A stretch of 64,000 nucleotides of DNA from an uncultured Arcobacteraceae bacterium. GTDB lineage: Bacteria; Campylobacterota; Campylobacteria; Campylobacterales; Arcobacteraceae. The number at the start of each line of letters is the position of its first letter. The stretch's first letter is position 1. The translations under genes were made by a program, and so were the position numbers. The notes beneath the pieces are model-generated. The model was not told where the DNA came from. It did not search any database and saw only the letters and a program-made list of their open reading frames with translations. The stretch is taken from positions 1 through 64,000 of the forward strand of contig CAXHZO010000005.1 of NCBI GenBank assembly GCA_964022095.1. Reading direction: 5' to 3'. Positions 20,893-30,964 of the stretch are shown piece after piece.

Positions 20893-22341
20893 ATGAAAAA
20901 TGAGTTCTTAGAAGAGTTTGAATATCAAATAGATAAAAGTGGAATATCAAGAAGAGAAGCCTTAAAGTTATTAGGTTTTAGTGGTGCAATGCTTTTAGCT
21001 TCAAACGAGCATACAGGGACTAAAGCCAATGCTAGTGATGCTAAAGCAAAAATAGTTATCGTAGGTGGTGGATTAGCAGGTATTTCAACAGCAGCAAGAT
21101 TGGTTAATAGTCTATCTCAACCAGATATAACAATCATTGAACCAAATATGAAATCTGTTTCATATCAACCAGGGAACACTTTTATAGGTGCTGGTTTATA
21201 TACAAAAAAAGATGTAATGTATAATACCAAAGATTTCTTACCAAATGGAGTGAAATTTATTGAGGGAAAAGCAACAAATTTTGATCCTGAAAATAATAAA
21301 TTAGTAGTTTCAAGTGGTGAAACAATTTCATACGATTTTTTAGTTGTTGCAGCTGGATTAGTACTTGATTTTGCAAAAATAAAAGGTTTAGAAGAGTTAG
21401 GAGAAATGTATACTGCTCAAGACTCTAAAAAAATTATTGATTTTTTTGAAGGTACGGGGGCTAGTACTATATATAATATGGATGCAGCAGAGGTTACTTG
21501 GCGAAATATGCAAAAAGCAATTAATGAAGCCAAATCTGGTAAAAAGATTAATGCAATATTTTCTCATCCAAATACCGCAATAAAATGTGGTGGAGCTCCT
21601 AAAAAAATAATGTATCTAATGAACTCAAGACTGAATGAAATGGGTGGAAGAGATAATGTTGATATGACTTTTTATCCAAATAGTGGAAAAATGTTTGGGG
21701 TTAAAGAGTATGAAAAAGCTATCATTAAACAGTTTGAAGCTAGAAATATGAAATATAAAATGCAACATAATTTAAAAGAAGTTAATTTAAAAGATAAAGT
21801 TGCAAAATTTAATCACTATTGGGAAGAGAAAGGTGCTTGGGATCCTGATTTAGAAGAGTATGATGTAGTAGTAAAAAATCAAGAGGTTGAAGTTCCATTT
21901 GATTTTATGCATATTACTCCTGCAATGAAAGCTGCTCCAGAAATAGGAAGTTCTGCAATTGGTTCAGGAAAAGGATGGGTTCCTGTTCATAAAGAGACAC
22001 TACAGCACGTAAAATATTCTAATATATTTTCATTAGGAGATATAGCTGCCATTCCTTTAGGTAAAACAGGAGGAAGTGTAAGAAAACAATATAAAGTTGT
22101 AGTTGATAATATTATATCATTAATGGAAGGTAAAGAAATGACTTCTAAGTATGATGGATATACTGTATGTCCTATTATTACTGATATTGGTAAAGTTATG
22201 CTTGCAGAATTTGATTGGAGTATGAAGCCAACACCTTCTTTTCCTTTAGATCCAACTCAAGAGAGATATATTTGGTGGTTATTAAAAATGTATATATTAA
22301 AACCAATGACACAATATGGTATGCTATCTGGTAGAGCATAA
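20893..22341 (+). CDS. sqr: Tat-exported SQR-like protein, copy 2
   Basis: SRREALK; same KCGGAPKK and YDGYTVCP motifs; colinear with copy 1. Confidence 0.82.
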   Translation: MKNEFLEEFEYQIDKSGISRREALKLLGFSGAMLLASNEHTGTKANASDAKAKIVIVGGGLAGISTAARLVNSLSQPDITIIEPNMKSVSYQPGNTFIGAGLYTKKDVMYNTKDFLPNGVKFIEGKATNFDPENNKLVVSSGETISYDFLVVAAGLVLDFAKIKGLEELGEMYTAQDSKKIIDFFEGTGASTIYNMDAAEVTWRNMQKAINEAKSGKKINAIFSHPNTAIKCGGAPKKIMYLMNSRLNEMGGRDNVDMTFYPNSGKMFGVKEYEKAIIKQFEARNMKYKMQHNLKEVNLKDKVAKFNHYWEEKGAWDPDLEEYDVVVKNQEVEVPFDFMHITPAMKAAPEIGSSAIGSGKGWVPVHKETLQHVKYSNIFSLGDIAAIPLGKTGGSVRKQYKVVVDNIISLMEGKEMTSKYDGYTVCPIITDIGKVMLAEFDWSMKPTPSFPLDPTQERYIWWLLKMYILKPMTQYGMLSGRA

Positions 22342-22364
22342 TAAAAATTAGTAGGAGAAAAGCA

Positions 22365-23564
22365 ATGAAAACATCAAAATTATTAAGAGCAATTTCGTTT
22401 AGTGGATTATTACTTTTATCAACAAATGTAATGTTCGCAAATGACCCAGGAAATTTAACTGCACCAAGTGCAAAAGTTCAGTCAATGATTGATAAGTTCA
22501 AATTAAAAATAGTTGATTATAACTATGTAAAAGAAAAAGTTGTTAAAGGTACAAGAAGTGGTGCAAAAGCTATACTAATTGATGCAAGACCAAATAAGAA
22601 ATATAAATCAGGGACAATTCCAAGTTCTTTAAATATTCCAGATACTGATTATGATAAATATATAGGACAATTAAAAGATACTCCAAAAGATAAAGAGATA
22701 ATCGTTTATTGTGGTGGTTGGAAATGTGGAAAATCTCCAAAAGTAGCAAATATGCTTAAAAAAGATGGATTTACTAATGTAAAACTATATCAAGCAGGTG
22801 AACCAGATTGGAATAAAAAAGATTATTTAGAAGTGGATGTTGCAGTTATAAAAGGTGCCCAAGAGAAAAATACTGCACTGTTAATTGATGCAAGACCATA
22901 CAAAAAATATTTAGCTGAAACAATTCCAGGTGCAATCTCAATTCCAGATACTGAAGTTGAAAAATTCTTAGGAAGATTTCCTAGAAATAAAAATGAAAAA
23001 ATCATTGCATTTTGTGGAGGTTATAAATGTGTTAAATCTCATGTAATAGCAAATACATTAGTGTCAATGGGATATGATAATGTTTCTGTATATGCAGCGG
23101 GAGTTCCAGCATGGAAAAAAGCTGGATTATCAACAACAAAAAGTGCTGCAAAAGCTGTTGAAGGAACAACAACTCAAAAAGCAAAATTTAGTAAAAATGG
23201 AGCTAAATTAGGAGAAGATGAAGGTAGTATTGATGGTGATTGGTTAAATGCCTTTATCAAAAAAGATGCAGTTCCTAAATTTATCCAAATAGTTGATGTT
23301 ACAGATCCTGATGAATTTAAATCAGGGCATATAAAAGGAGCAATAAATATTCATGCAGAAAAATTATCAGCAAAAGAATTAGTTGCAAAGTTTCCTAAAG
23401 GTAAAACTATAGTATTTAATTGTACTGCAGGTGGAAGATCTATAGAAGCTTGGACAAAAATACAAGAAGCAGGTTTAGATATATCAGAGATTTTCTATTT
23501 CGATGCAAATATAGATTGTAAAGGTAATGATTGTAAAATTGAAGTTAATGAGCCAATTGGTTAA
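22365..23564 (+). CDS. secreted three-domain rhodanese (sulfurtransferase)
   Basis: Signal peptide; LIDARP...IP-S/A-x-IP repeats; loops YCGGWKCGKS, FCGGYKCVKS, NCTAGGRS. Confidence 0.87.
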   Translation: MKTSKLLRAISFSGLLLLSTNVMFANDPGNLTAPSAKVQSMIDKFKLKIVDYNYVKEKVVKGTRSGAKAILIDARPNKKYKSGTIPSSLNIPDTDYDKYIGQLKDTPKDKEIIVYCGGWKCGKSPKVANMLKKDGFTNVKLYQAGEPDWNKKDYLEVDVAVIKGAQEKNTALLIDARPYKKYLAETIPGAISIPDTEVEKFLGRFPRNKNEKIIAFCGGYKCVKSHVIANTLVSMGYDNVSVYAAGVPAWKKAGLSTTKSAAKAVEGTTTQKAKFSKNGAKLGEDEGSIDGDWLNAFIKKDAVPKFIQIVDVTDPDEFKSGHIKGAINIHAEKLSAKELVAKFPKGKTIVFNCTAGGRSIEAWTKIQEAGLDISEIFYFDANIDCKGNDCKIEVNEPIG

Positions 23565-23585
23565 TTAACTCTTTTTATAAGACAT

Positions 23586-23623
23586 AAAAAAAGGCTAGAA
23601 GTTTAACTTCTAGCCTTTTTTTT
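23586..23623. terminator. bidirectional intrinsic terminator
   Basis: A7-GGCTAGAAGT-loop-ACTTCTAGCC-T8 between convergent rhodanese and rplT. Confidence 0.85.
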
Positions 23624-23638
23624 ATTTTTGCAAATTTA

Positions 23639-23995
23639 TTATTTAAGTGCTTCTTTTGCAGTTTTTACAATTGAAGCAAATGCAGCTGCATCATTCATAG
23701 CCATATCAGCTAAGATTTTTCTATCTAATTCAATTCCAGCTAATTTTACACCGTTCATGAATCTTGAATAGTTGATATCATTTAATCTACAAGCAGCATT
23801 GATTCTTACAATCCAAAGCTTTCTAATATCTCTTTTTTTCTGTCTTCTATCTCTGTATGCATATACTAAAGAGTGTTCTAATTGTTCTTTCGCTTTTCTG
23901 AAGTGTTTACTTCTACCACTAAAGAACCCTCTAGCTTGCTTTAATACTTTTTTGTGTCTTCTTCTTCTAACTACACCAGTTTTTACTCTAGGCAT
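23639..23995 (-). CDS. rplT: 50S ribosomal protein L20
   Basis: [27 protein letters not shown]. Confidence 0.98.
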   Translation of the reverse strand: MPRVKTGVVRRRRHKKVLKQARGFFSGRSKHFRKAKEQLEHSLVYAYRDRRQKKRDIRKLWIVRINAACRLNDINYSRFMNGVKLAGIELDRKILADMAMNDAAAFASIVKTAKEALK

Positions 23996-24008
23996 TTCTT
24001 TCCTTTCT

Positions 24009-24076
24009 TTACCATTATAATTAAATAAGGTGTCGACATCATTGGTCGAACTTGTCCACAGTTTTGTGGAGGGACT
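24009..24076 (-). ncRNA. candidate L20-responsive ribosomal leader RNA
   Basis: GC-rich structured tract: UCCACA/UGUGGA hairpin, then AAGU-UCGAC-loop-GUCGA-CACC...GGU just before the rplT SD. Confidence 0.55.
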
Positions 24077-24102
24077 ATATAATACTTTTTATTTAAAAGT
24101 AA

Positions 24103-24300
24103 TTACGCTTTACATAACATCGCATTTACTCTTCCAGCATCTACGCTAGAAACAGTTTGCGGGCTTCTTAAATTTCTTTTTCTCTTTTGAGTTTTTTTAG
24201 TTAAGATGTGGCTTCTAAAAGCTGATCCTCTTTTGATAGAACCATTCTTTTTCACTTTAAATCTTTTTAAAGCGCCACTGTTTGATTTCATCTTTGGCAT
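24103..24300 (-). CDS. rpmI: 50S ribosomal protein L35
   Basis: [15 protein letters not shown]...HILTKK; SD GGAGG before ATG 24300. Confidence 0.97.
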   Translation of the reverse strand: MPKMKSNSGALKRFKVKKNGSIKRGSAFRSHILTKKTQKRKRNLRSPQTVSSVDAGRVNAMLCKA

Positions 24301-24456
24301 TGAAAAATCCTCCTTATAAATTTGCATTTTCATAAATTACATGAAAAAGTTTTGGATTTTACTTAAATATTGCTTAATATAAGTTTAAAAGTATGTCTTA
24401 TTATGAGAAAGAAGAGAAAAATCTCTTCTTTATTTGAGTAGAATAAATATTTTTAA

Positions 24457-24981
24457 TTAGTCTTTCTTAGGTAATACCATCATATTAACAAATCTTCCCT
24501 CTTGTTTTGGAAGTGCATCTCTTTCTCCATATTCTTCAAGCATTGGCCATACTCTTTCAAGTACTTGTGCTCCAGCTTCTGGATGTGCCATTTCTCTACC
24601 TTTTAGGAATACTCTACATTTTACGTGGTAACCTTTTTGTAAGAATTCAACAGCATGTTTAACTTTATAATTAATGTCATTGTCAGCAATTTTAACTGAG
24701 AACTTTACTTCTTTAACAACAATAACTTTTTGGTTTTTCTTAGCTTCTTTTTTCTTTTTTTCTTGTTGGTATTTGAACTTACCATAATCCATGATTTTTG
24801 CTACTGGTGGCTTTGCATCAGGTGCAATTAGAACTAAATCTAATCCTAAATCATCAGCTGTTTGCTGTGCATCACTTGTTGAAATAATTCCATAGTTTGT
24901 TCCATCATCACCTGTACATCTAACTTCTCTTGCTGTAATCAATTCGTTCATGATTACATCATTTTTTTTCTTTCTACTCAA
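24457..24981 (-). CDS. infC: translation initiation factor IF-3
   Basis: [28 protein letters not shown] start overlapping the thrS stop. Confidence 0.96.
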   Translation of the reverse strand: MSRKKKNDVIMNELITAREVRCTGDDGTNYGIISTSDAQQTADDLGLDLVLIAPDAKPPVAKIMDYGKFKYQQEKKKKEAKKNQKVIVVKEVKFSVKIADNDINYKVKHAVEFLQKGYHVKCRVFLKGREMAHPEAGAQVLERVWPMLEEYGERDALPKQEGRFVNMMVLPKKD

Positions 24982-26786
24982 ATTCTACTCCCTTGTTTAA
25001 TTTCATTAAGCATTGATATAAATTCATCTTTACTCATATTTGATTGCTCTCTTTTTCTTCTATCTCTAAGAGCTACAGATTGTTTTTCAACCTCTTCATC
25101 CCCAATAACTACGATCATAGGAACTCTTTGTTTCTCAGCCATTCTGATTCTTTTATTTAAAGATTCATTCATGTCATAAATTTTAGAGTCCATATCCTCT
25201 TCAATTAATTCTCTTTGTAATTGTTTTGCATATTCTACATGTGTATCTGCAATTGGTACAAATATAACTTGAGTTGGAGCAATTACAAATGGGAACTCAC
25301 CAGCACAGTGTTCAGTTAAGATACCAATAAATCTTTCAAATGAACCTAGTATTGCTCTGTGAATCATTACTGGTTGTTCTTTTTCACCTTTGTCATTGAT
25401 ATATTCAACTTCAAATCTCTCAGGTAAATTCATATCTACTTGAACAGTACCACATTGCCATTTTCTTCCAATAGCATCAAGAATTTTAATATCAATTTTT
25501 GGTCCGTAAAATGCTCCACCACCTTCATCAATACCATATTCTAATCCTTCAGAATCAAGTGCATCCATAATACCTTTAGTGGTAGTTTCCCAAAATGAAT
25601 CATCACCTATAGCTTTTTTAGGTTTTGTAGAAACTTCCATCTCATATTTGAAATCAAACAGTTTCATTAATGAATCAACGAACTCTAATACATCAATAAT
25701 TACTTCTTTTACTTGTGCTTGAGTACAGAAAATATGTGCATCATCTTGTGTAAACTCTCTTACTCTAAATAAACCATGCATTGCTCCAGACATTTCGTGT
25801 CTATGTACAACACCATATTCAAAAAGTTTTTTTGGTAAGTCTTTATATGATACTAAATCATTTTTGAAAATTTGAATATGCCCAACACAGTTCATTGGTT
25901 TAATACCATACTCTTGTTCATCAATTTCAGTAAAGTACATATTTTCTTTATAGTTTTGGTAGTGACCAGAAATTTTCCACATGTCAGATTTTAACATCTC
26001 TGGACCTCTTACTGGTTCATATCCTCTAACTCTATGAGCTTTATATAAGATGTGTTCTAATTTTGATCTAAGTCTTGAACCATTTGGTAACCATAATGGT
26101 AAACCAGCACCTACATCATCATTAAATGTAAATAGTTCTAATTCAGTTCCAAGTTTTCTATGATCTCTTTTTTTAGCTTCTTCCAGCATTCTTACATAAT
26201 CATTTAACTCTTTTTTGTCAAAAAATGCAATACCATAAATTCTAGTAATCATTTCATTTTCTTCATCACCACCTAGATATGCTCCTGCAACTCTAGTTAG
26301 TTTAAATGCTCTGATCATTCTAGTATTTGGTAAGTGAGGACCTCTACATAAGTCTTCAAAATCACCTTGCTTATACATTGTTAAAGTATCATCTGTAATT
26401 TTTGATAAAACAGCTTGTTTTAATTCATCATCTGAGAATTTAGAAACAATCTCTTCTCTTGTAGATTCATATCTTTCAATAGGAAGTTTTCTATTAGCAA
26501 TCTCTTTCATCTTCTTTTCAATCTTAGGAAGATCTTCATCTGAGATTTTCTCTTCAACTTTAAAATCGTAATAGAATCCTTCTTTTACAACAGGCCCTAC
26601 AAAGAATTTCGCATCTGGATAAAGTTCTTTAATAGCTTGTGCCATCATATGAGCACAAGAGTGTCTTAAGATTTCTAAAGACTCTTTTGAGTTATCTGCT
26701 TTTATATCAACACCATCAATACCTAAAGCTTCCGCAGTCTGAAGGTCATAAATTTGACCATCATTTAATTTTCCAATTAATTCCAA
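24978..26786 (-). CDS. thrS: threonine--tRNA ligase
   Basis: [37 protein letters not shown]. Confidence 0.97.
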   Translation of the reverse strand: MELIGKLNDGQIYDLQTAEALGIDGVDIKADNSKESLEILRHSCAHMMAQAIKELYPDAKFFVGPVVKEGFYYDFKVEEKISDEDLPKIEKKMKEIANRKLPIERYESTREEIVSKFSDDELKQAVLSKITDDTLTMYKQGDFEDLCRGPHLPNTRMIRAFKLTRVAGAYLGGDEENEMITRIYGIAFFDKKELNDYVRMLEEAKKRDHRKLGTELELFTFNDDVGAGLPLWLPNGSRLRSKLEHILYKAHRVRGYEPVRGPEMLKSDMWKISGHYQNYKENMYFTEIDEQEYGIKPMNCVGHIQIFKNDLVSYKDLPKKLFEYGVVHRHEMSGAMHGLFRVREFTQDDAHIFCTQAQVKEVIIDVLEFVDSLMKLFDFKYEMEVSTKPKKAIGDDSFWETTTKGIMDALDSEGLEYGIDEGGGAFYGPKIDIKILDAIGRKWQCGTVQVDMNLPERFEVEYINDKGEKEQPVMIHRAILGSFERFIGILTEHCAGEFPFVIAPTQVIFVPIADTHVEYAKQLQRELIEEDMDSKIYDMNESLNKRIRMAEKQRVPMIVVIGDEEVEKQSVALRDRRKREQSNMSKDEFISMLNEIKQGSRI

Positions 26787-26895
26787 TAATTTCCTTTTTC
26801 AAGTTATTTATTATAGTTTTGCACTATTTTATCGCAAAGCGCCTTAAATTAAATTAGATATAACTTAATTTAACAAATTTTAGTTACAATTAGGA

Positions 26896-27444
26896 ATGAT
26901 TTTAAACTTATCTAAAATAAAAACTGAAAGCTTATTACTGTTTTGTAAAGATTTAATCAACTCATATAAAGATAAAGAAGATCTAGAAAATTATGGTGTT
27001 GATGAAGAAGTGATAAAGAACTTTAATAATATCGGTAATGATATGATAAAGAACTTTAATAATATCGGTAATGATATGATAAAAGAGATTTTAAAAGTCA
27101 CTCAAGAAGATAAATTTTATTTAAATAATAGAAAACATTATAAAGTAAATGCAATTTTAGATGCATACAACTTTATAAACTTAGAAGTTTCAAAACAGCT
27201 AAAAGAAGGTGAACCTTTTAATCCTTCAATGTTATATTTCTCAATGTTAGCTGTTTGGTTTAAAGAATTAAATAAAGAATCAAAATCAAAAGAGTATATT
27301 TATTTTCTACTTTATCCTTATGGACATGTATATGATAAACTATTAGTTGAAATAAAAAATGAAGAGTTTAAAAAATTAAATATAAAGATGATTGAATTAG
27401 CTGAAAAGATTGTTTATCAACTTGATAACTACTCTTTTAGATAA
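26896..27444 (+). CDS. hypothetical protein with an internal 11-aa duplication
   Basis: 182-aa ORF with (IKNFNNIGNDM)x2. Confidence 0.7.
   Translation: MILNLSKIKTESLLLFCKDLINSYKDKEDLENYGVDEEVIKNFNNIGNDMIKNFNNIGNDMIKEILKVTQEDKFYLNNRKHYKVNAILDAYNFINLEVSKQLKEGEPFNPSMLYFSMLAVWFKELNKESKSKEYIYFLLYPYGHVYDKLLVEIKNEEFKKLNIKMIELAEKIVYQLDNYSFR
27011..27083 (+). repeat. perfect 33-bp tandem duplication
   Basis: TGATAAAGAACTTTAATAATATCGGTAATGATA at 27011-27043 and 27044-27076, then TGATAAA. Confidence 0.95.
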
Positions 27445-27478
27445 GAGTAAATAAAAGAGGAACACCTCTTTTATTTTA

Positions 27479-29026
27479 TTAGAATTTATATCTCATATAA
27501 GCTTTTACATCTTGAGCTGATTGTACATCACTTCCTGAAATAACACTTGGTGTTCCATCTGCTCCGAAAAATGAATTTGAACCATTGTAATCATAATCAA
27601 TATATACATAGCTTAGTCCAAAACTAAGAGCTTTTGTTAATTCTTGATTTCTATAAACTTCCCATGCTTCACCCCTTGCTGCAATTTTACTACCTGCAAA
27701 GTTATCTTCTGCATAAGTCATAGATCTCCAGTATTTACTTCCTTTATTCCATTCAAAACCAATTCTAGAGTCATCAGGACTAATTGGACATGGAGCATTT
27801 ACTCCTAACCAAATAGAATGGCCAGTTTTAGAATCATTAATTCCTAACATTCCACCAGGAAGACTATTTGGATGTGTTTTACTCATAGCAACTGAAGCAA
27901 ATAATATTGTATCATCTAAATAATCAGAAATCCCATCTCCAATACCATCAGTTTTAAATAAAACTGTTGCATAGTCTATATCTCCAACATCTTTAAATTG
28001 AGGTATTGCCATTTGCATGTCATATGCCGTAGTTGCAGATGGAGTAGTTAAATATGCCCCATAGGCATTATTAAAGTTTGTTAAGGAAACACCATCAAAT
28101 CCAATTAAGTTCCAAGCTCTAGCATAATTCAAATGAACTGAATATTGACCATCATCATAAGGTGCAGCAATAAAGCCTAGCATATCTACATCAACATTTT
28201 TTGTAGTATCTTCTGAGTATGCTGGACTAAACATATCAAATCTTGGAGTAGCATTTGTTAGTCCTCTACCTCCACAAATTTTAAACCAAGAACCAGTAGC
28301 CCCTGTAACATTTTCTAAATCAAATTTTGCAGAAAAACCATCGAATTCTACATCAACAACATGTGAAAGTGGTGAATTTGCTTTTTGATTGTTTCTTAAG
28401 TTTATTGGTAATCCATCAGTTGAAGGTCTTCTTCCTACAGAGAAAGTCCAGGGAACATTTGTTCCTAAGAACGTATTGTTTTTATATAACCAGTATGCTT
28501 CTTTTACTTTTACAGTGTTATCAGTTGCATTTTCATTTGTAACCCAATCAAAATTTGCATGTCCAGGATTTGTATTTGATTGAGAGTGATTTGCAGTATC
28601 CCCAAAGGCTTTGTTATATGAAAGTTTTCCTTTGAATATAGTTTTATCATCAGGAGAATAACCCATTCCTAATAATAATCTATTTGTCATAAGTGCATTA
28701 TTTTTAGATTTACTTCCATCAGCATGTTTATATTGAATATTGTCAACTTGAGTTCTAAAGTCAACATCCCATTTTATATTATCTCCAGCACTTTGCATTT
28801 TTGCTACTTTTGCAGTTTTATCAACAAGGCTTAATTTTTTTTCGATTTTTTTTATTCTACCTTCATTTACAGTAGTAGTTTTTTGAGCATCTATTTTTTT
28901 CTCTAAAGCTTCAATTTGTGCTTTTAAAGCTTGTATTTGATTATACATCGTTGTATTTACATCTTCTGCATATGAAGCAGTTGATAAAGCAGCGATTACA
29001 GATAGTGTAATTATACTTTTTTTCAT
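27479..29026 (-). CDS. DUF3373-like outer-membrane beta-barrel protein
   Basis: Signal peptide, N-terminal coiled coil, DFRT, VKEAYW, SVGRRPSTDG, GSKYW, C-terminal YMRYKF beta signal. Confidence 0.75.
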   Translation of the reverse strand: MKKSIITLSVIAALSTASYAEDVNTTMYNQIQALKAQIEALEKKIDAQKTTTVNEGRIKKIEKKLSLVDKTAKVAKMQSAGDNIKWDVDFRTQVDNIQYKHADGSKSKNNALMTNRLLLGMGYSPDDKTIFKGKLSYNKAFGDTANHSQSNTNPGHANFDWVTNENATDNTVKVKEAYWLYKNNTFLGTNVPWTFSVGRRPSTDGLPINLRNNQKANSPLSHVVDVEFDGFSAKFDLENVTGATGSWFKICGGRGLTNATPRFDMFSPAYSEDTTKNVDVDMLGFIAAPYDDGQYSVHLNYARAWNLIGFDGVSLTNFNNAYGAYLTTPSATTAYDMQMAIPQFKDVGDIDYATVLFKTDGIGDGISDYLDDTILFASVAMSKTHPNSLPGGMLGINDSKTGHSIWLGVNAPCPISPDDSRIGFEWNKGSKYWRSMTYAEDNFAGSKIAARGEAWEVYRNQELTKALSFGLSYVYIDYDYNGSNSFFGADGTPSVISGSDVQSAQDVKAYMRYKF

Positions 29027-29176
29027 GATAATTCCTTTTTGTGTTTCATAAGACAATTATATGATTTTATGCATTAATTAGATATAAATATAAGTAATAG
29101 TTTAGATATAAATAAGAGTTATACAAATAGGACAAAGAAACTCTTGTATCTTTATCCTAGATGAAGTTGTTTTAGA

Positions 29177-29497
29177 TTAACAAGAAGGAACATTTCCTGA
29201 ATCAACTGCAAATTCGTATGAAAAATCATAGATATGTTGAATCCATTTGTCTTTTACGTTTTCTGGCTTAATATCTGGACAAATTGTGATCATTTCATCT
29301 TTGAATTTTCCATCATTCATAATTTGTTCCCACTCTGCTTGAGTGTGCTTAGAAGCAAATTTTGCGCCATTAAATCCACAAGCAGATTTAAACTTTTTAA
29401 TAAAGATTTTTTGACCCTTTGAAGCATCAGCTGAAGCAACTGTTGATGCAATACCTAATGCAAGTGTACTTGCTAGTAATATGTTTAATAATTTCAT
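29177..29497 (-). CDS. small periplasmic cytochrome-c-like protein without CxxCH
   Basis: Signal peptide, ADASKGQKIF, ACG...FASKHTQAEW, ICP, C-terminal DSGNVPSC; SD AGGAGA before ATG 29497. Confidence 0.65.
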   Translation of the reverse strand: MKLLNILLASTLALGIASTVASADASKGQKIFIKKFKSACGFNGAKFASKHTQAEWEQIMNDGKFKDEMITICPDIKPENVKDKWIQHIYDFSYEFAVDSGNVPSC

Positions 29498-29584
29498 AAT
29501 CATTCTCCTATAATATGTATGATACAATTATATCTATCTCTAAATAAAGATAATATAAATTTATACAAAAAAAGTGAAACAAAA

Positions 29585-30913
29585 GTGAAATATTTTTTAT
29601 TAAAACAGGTTGTGGAGTATCTATTAGACAACACCCAATCTATAAAGCATATCAAAAGAATTGACAACAACTTAATTATAATTGAATTTAATAATAAGAA
29701 CATAATATATATTGATATAACTAAAGGAAATAGTACTATTTTCAAAAGTGAGAAAGTTTTGACTGCAAAAAAAGATTTCAATGCACCTTTTGATGTTGCT
29801 TTACAAAAAAGATTTATAAACTCCAAAATTGAAAATATTGAATTATATAATGATGATAAAATTATAAATATAAAAGTGAACTCATCATCTTCATATAAAA
29901 AACTAACAACAATTTTACAATTAGAGTTTACAGGAAAACATACAAACATAATTATACTTGATGAAAATAGAGTTATTTTAGAAGCCCTAAGACATATAGA
30001 TGAGTTTTCATCATCAAGGGTTGTAAAAGTTGGTATAAAACTTGATGAAATCCCAAAACAAGATTTTGTTTTCAAAGAAGATAAAGTTGATGATATCAAT
30101 AGCTATTTGTTTGAAATTTATAGACAAAAAGAATCAAAAAATTTAGAAAATCTAAAAAAACAGAAAATTCAACAAATACAGAAAAAAGCAAAGAAACTTA
30201 GTAAAACAATTAACTCTTTACCAAAAAAAGAGGAATTAGAACTTGAATCTGTACAGCTTTATGAAAAAGCAAATTTAATATTAATGAATTTACACAATAT
30301 AAAACCATATCAAAAGGTTTTAAAGACATATAATTATGAAGGAAAGGAAGTAGAAGTTGATTTAAATGAAACATCGTCTGCTTCAAAATACTCTAATAAT
30401 TTATTTAAAAAAGCAAAAAAAGCTAAGCAAAAAGCTTTAAATATTGGATTAGAAAAAGATAATCTAACTGAAAAGTTAGACTTCTTAAACAGAATGATAT
30501 TAAATCTTCAAAATGCTAACTCAATAGAAGAGTGTGAATTTTTATATCCTAAAAAAGAGCGTAATCAAACAAAAACAAAAAAAGCACAACAGTACGAGAG
30601 CTTCTTCTTTGAAGGTTATAAAATAATGTTAGGAACAAGTGAGCGAGAAAATATCTATTTACTTAAAAATTCAAAAGCAAGTGACTTTTGGTTTCATCTA
30701 AAAGATAGACCATCTTCTCATGTAATTGTTCAAAATAGTAAAAAAACTATCCCAGATAATGTTATAGAACAAGCCGCACAAATTTGTGCAAAGTTTTCTG
30801 TTGATTTTACGGGAACTATAGAGGTTGATTTTACACAAAGAAGAAATGTAAAAATACAATCAGGAGCAAATGTTTTATATAATCCATACACAACAGTAGT
30901 TGTTAAAATTTAA
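29585..30913 (+). CDS. NFACT-family RNA-binding protein (RqcH/FbpA-like)
   Basis: DDKII, LEFTGKHTNIII, EALRH, DFWFHLKDRPSSHVIV; probable GTG start at 29585. Confidence 0.85.
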   Translation: MKYFLLKQVVEYLLDNTQSIKHIKRIDNNLIIIEFNNKNIIYIDITKGNSTIFKSEKVLTAKKDFNAPFDVALQKRFINSKIENIELYNDDKIINIKVNSSSSYKKLTTILQLEFTGKHTNIIILDENRVILEALRHIDEFSSSRVVKVGIKLDEIPKQDFVFKEDKVDDINSYLFEIYRQKESKNLENLKKQKIQQIQKKAKKLSKTINSLPKKEELELESVQLYEKANLILMNLHNIKPYQKVLKTYNYEGKEVEVDLNETSSASKYSNNLFKKAKKAKQKALNIGLEKDNLTEKLDFLNRMILNLQNANSIEECEFLYPKKERNQTKTKKAQQYESFFFEGYKIMLGTSERENIYLLKNSKASDFWFHLKDRPSSHVIVQNSKKTIPDNVIEQAAQICAKFSVDFTGTIEVDFTQRRNVKIQSGANVLYNPYTTVVVKI

Positions 30914-30964
30914 TAAAAAGCCAACCTTGTGTATAATAAGATAATTTATACACAAGGTTAATTA

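Noticed and set aside
19231..22341. sqr duplication as an assembly artefact
   Set aside because: The copies differ throughout in nucleotide and protein sequence and have different upstream regions.
24975..24990. AUU start for infC
   Set aside because: The nearby ATT is in the thrS frame; the infC frame begins TTG at 24981.
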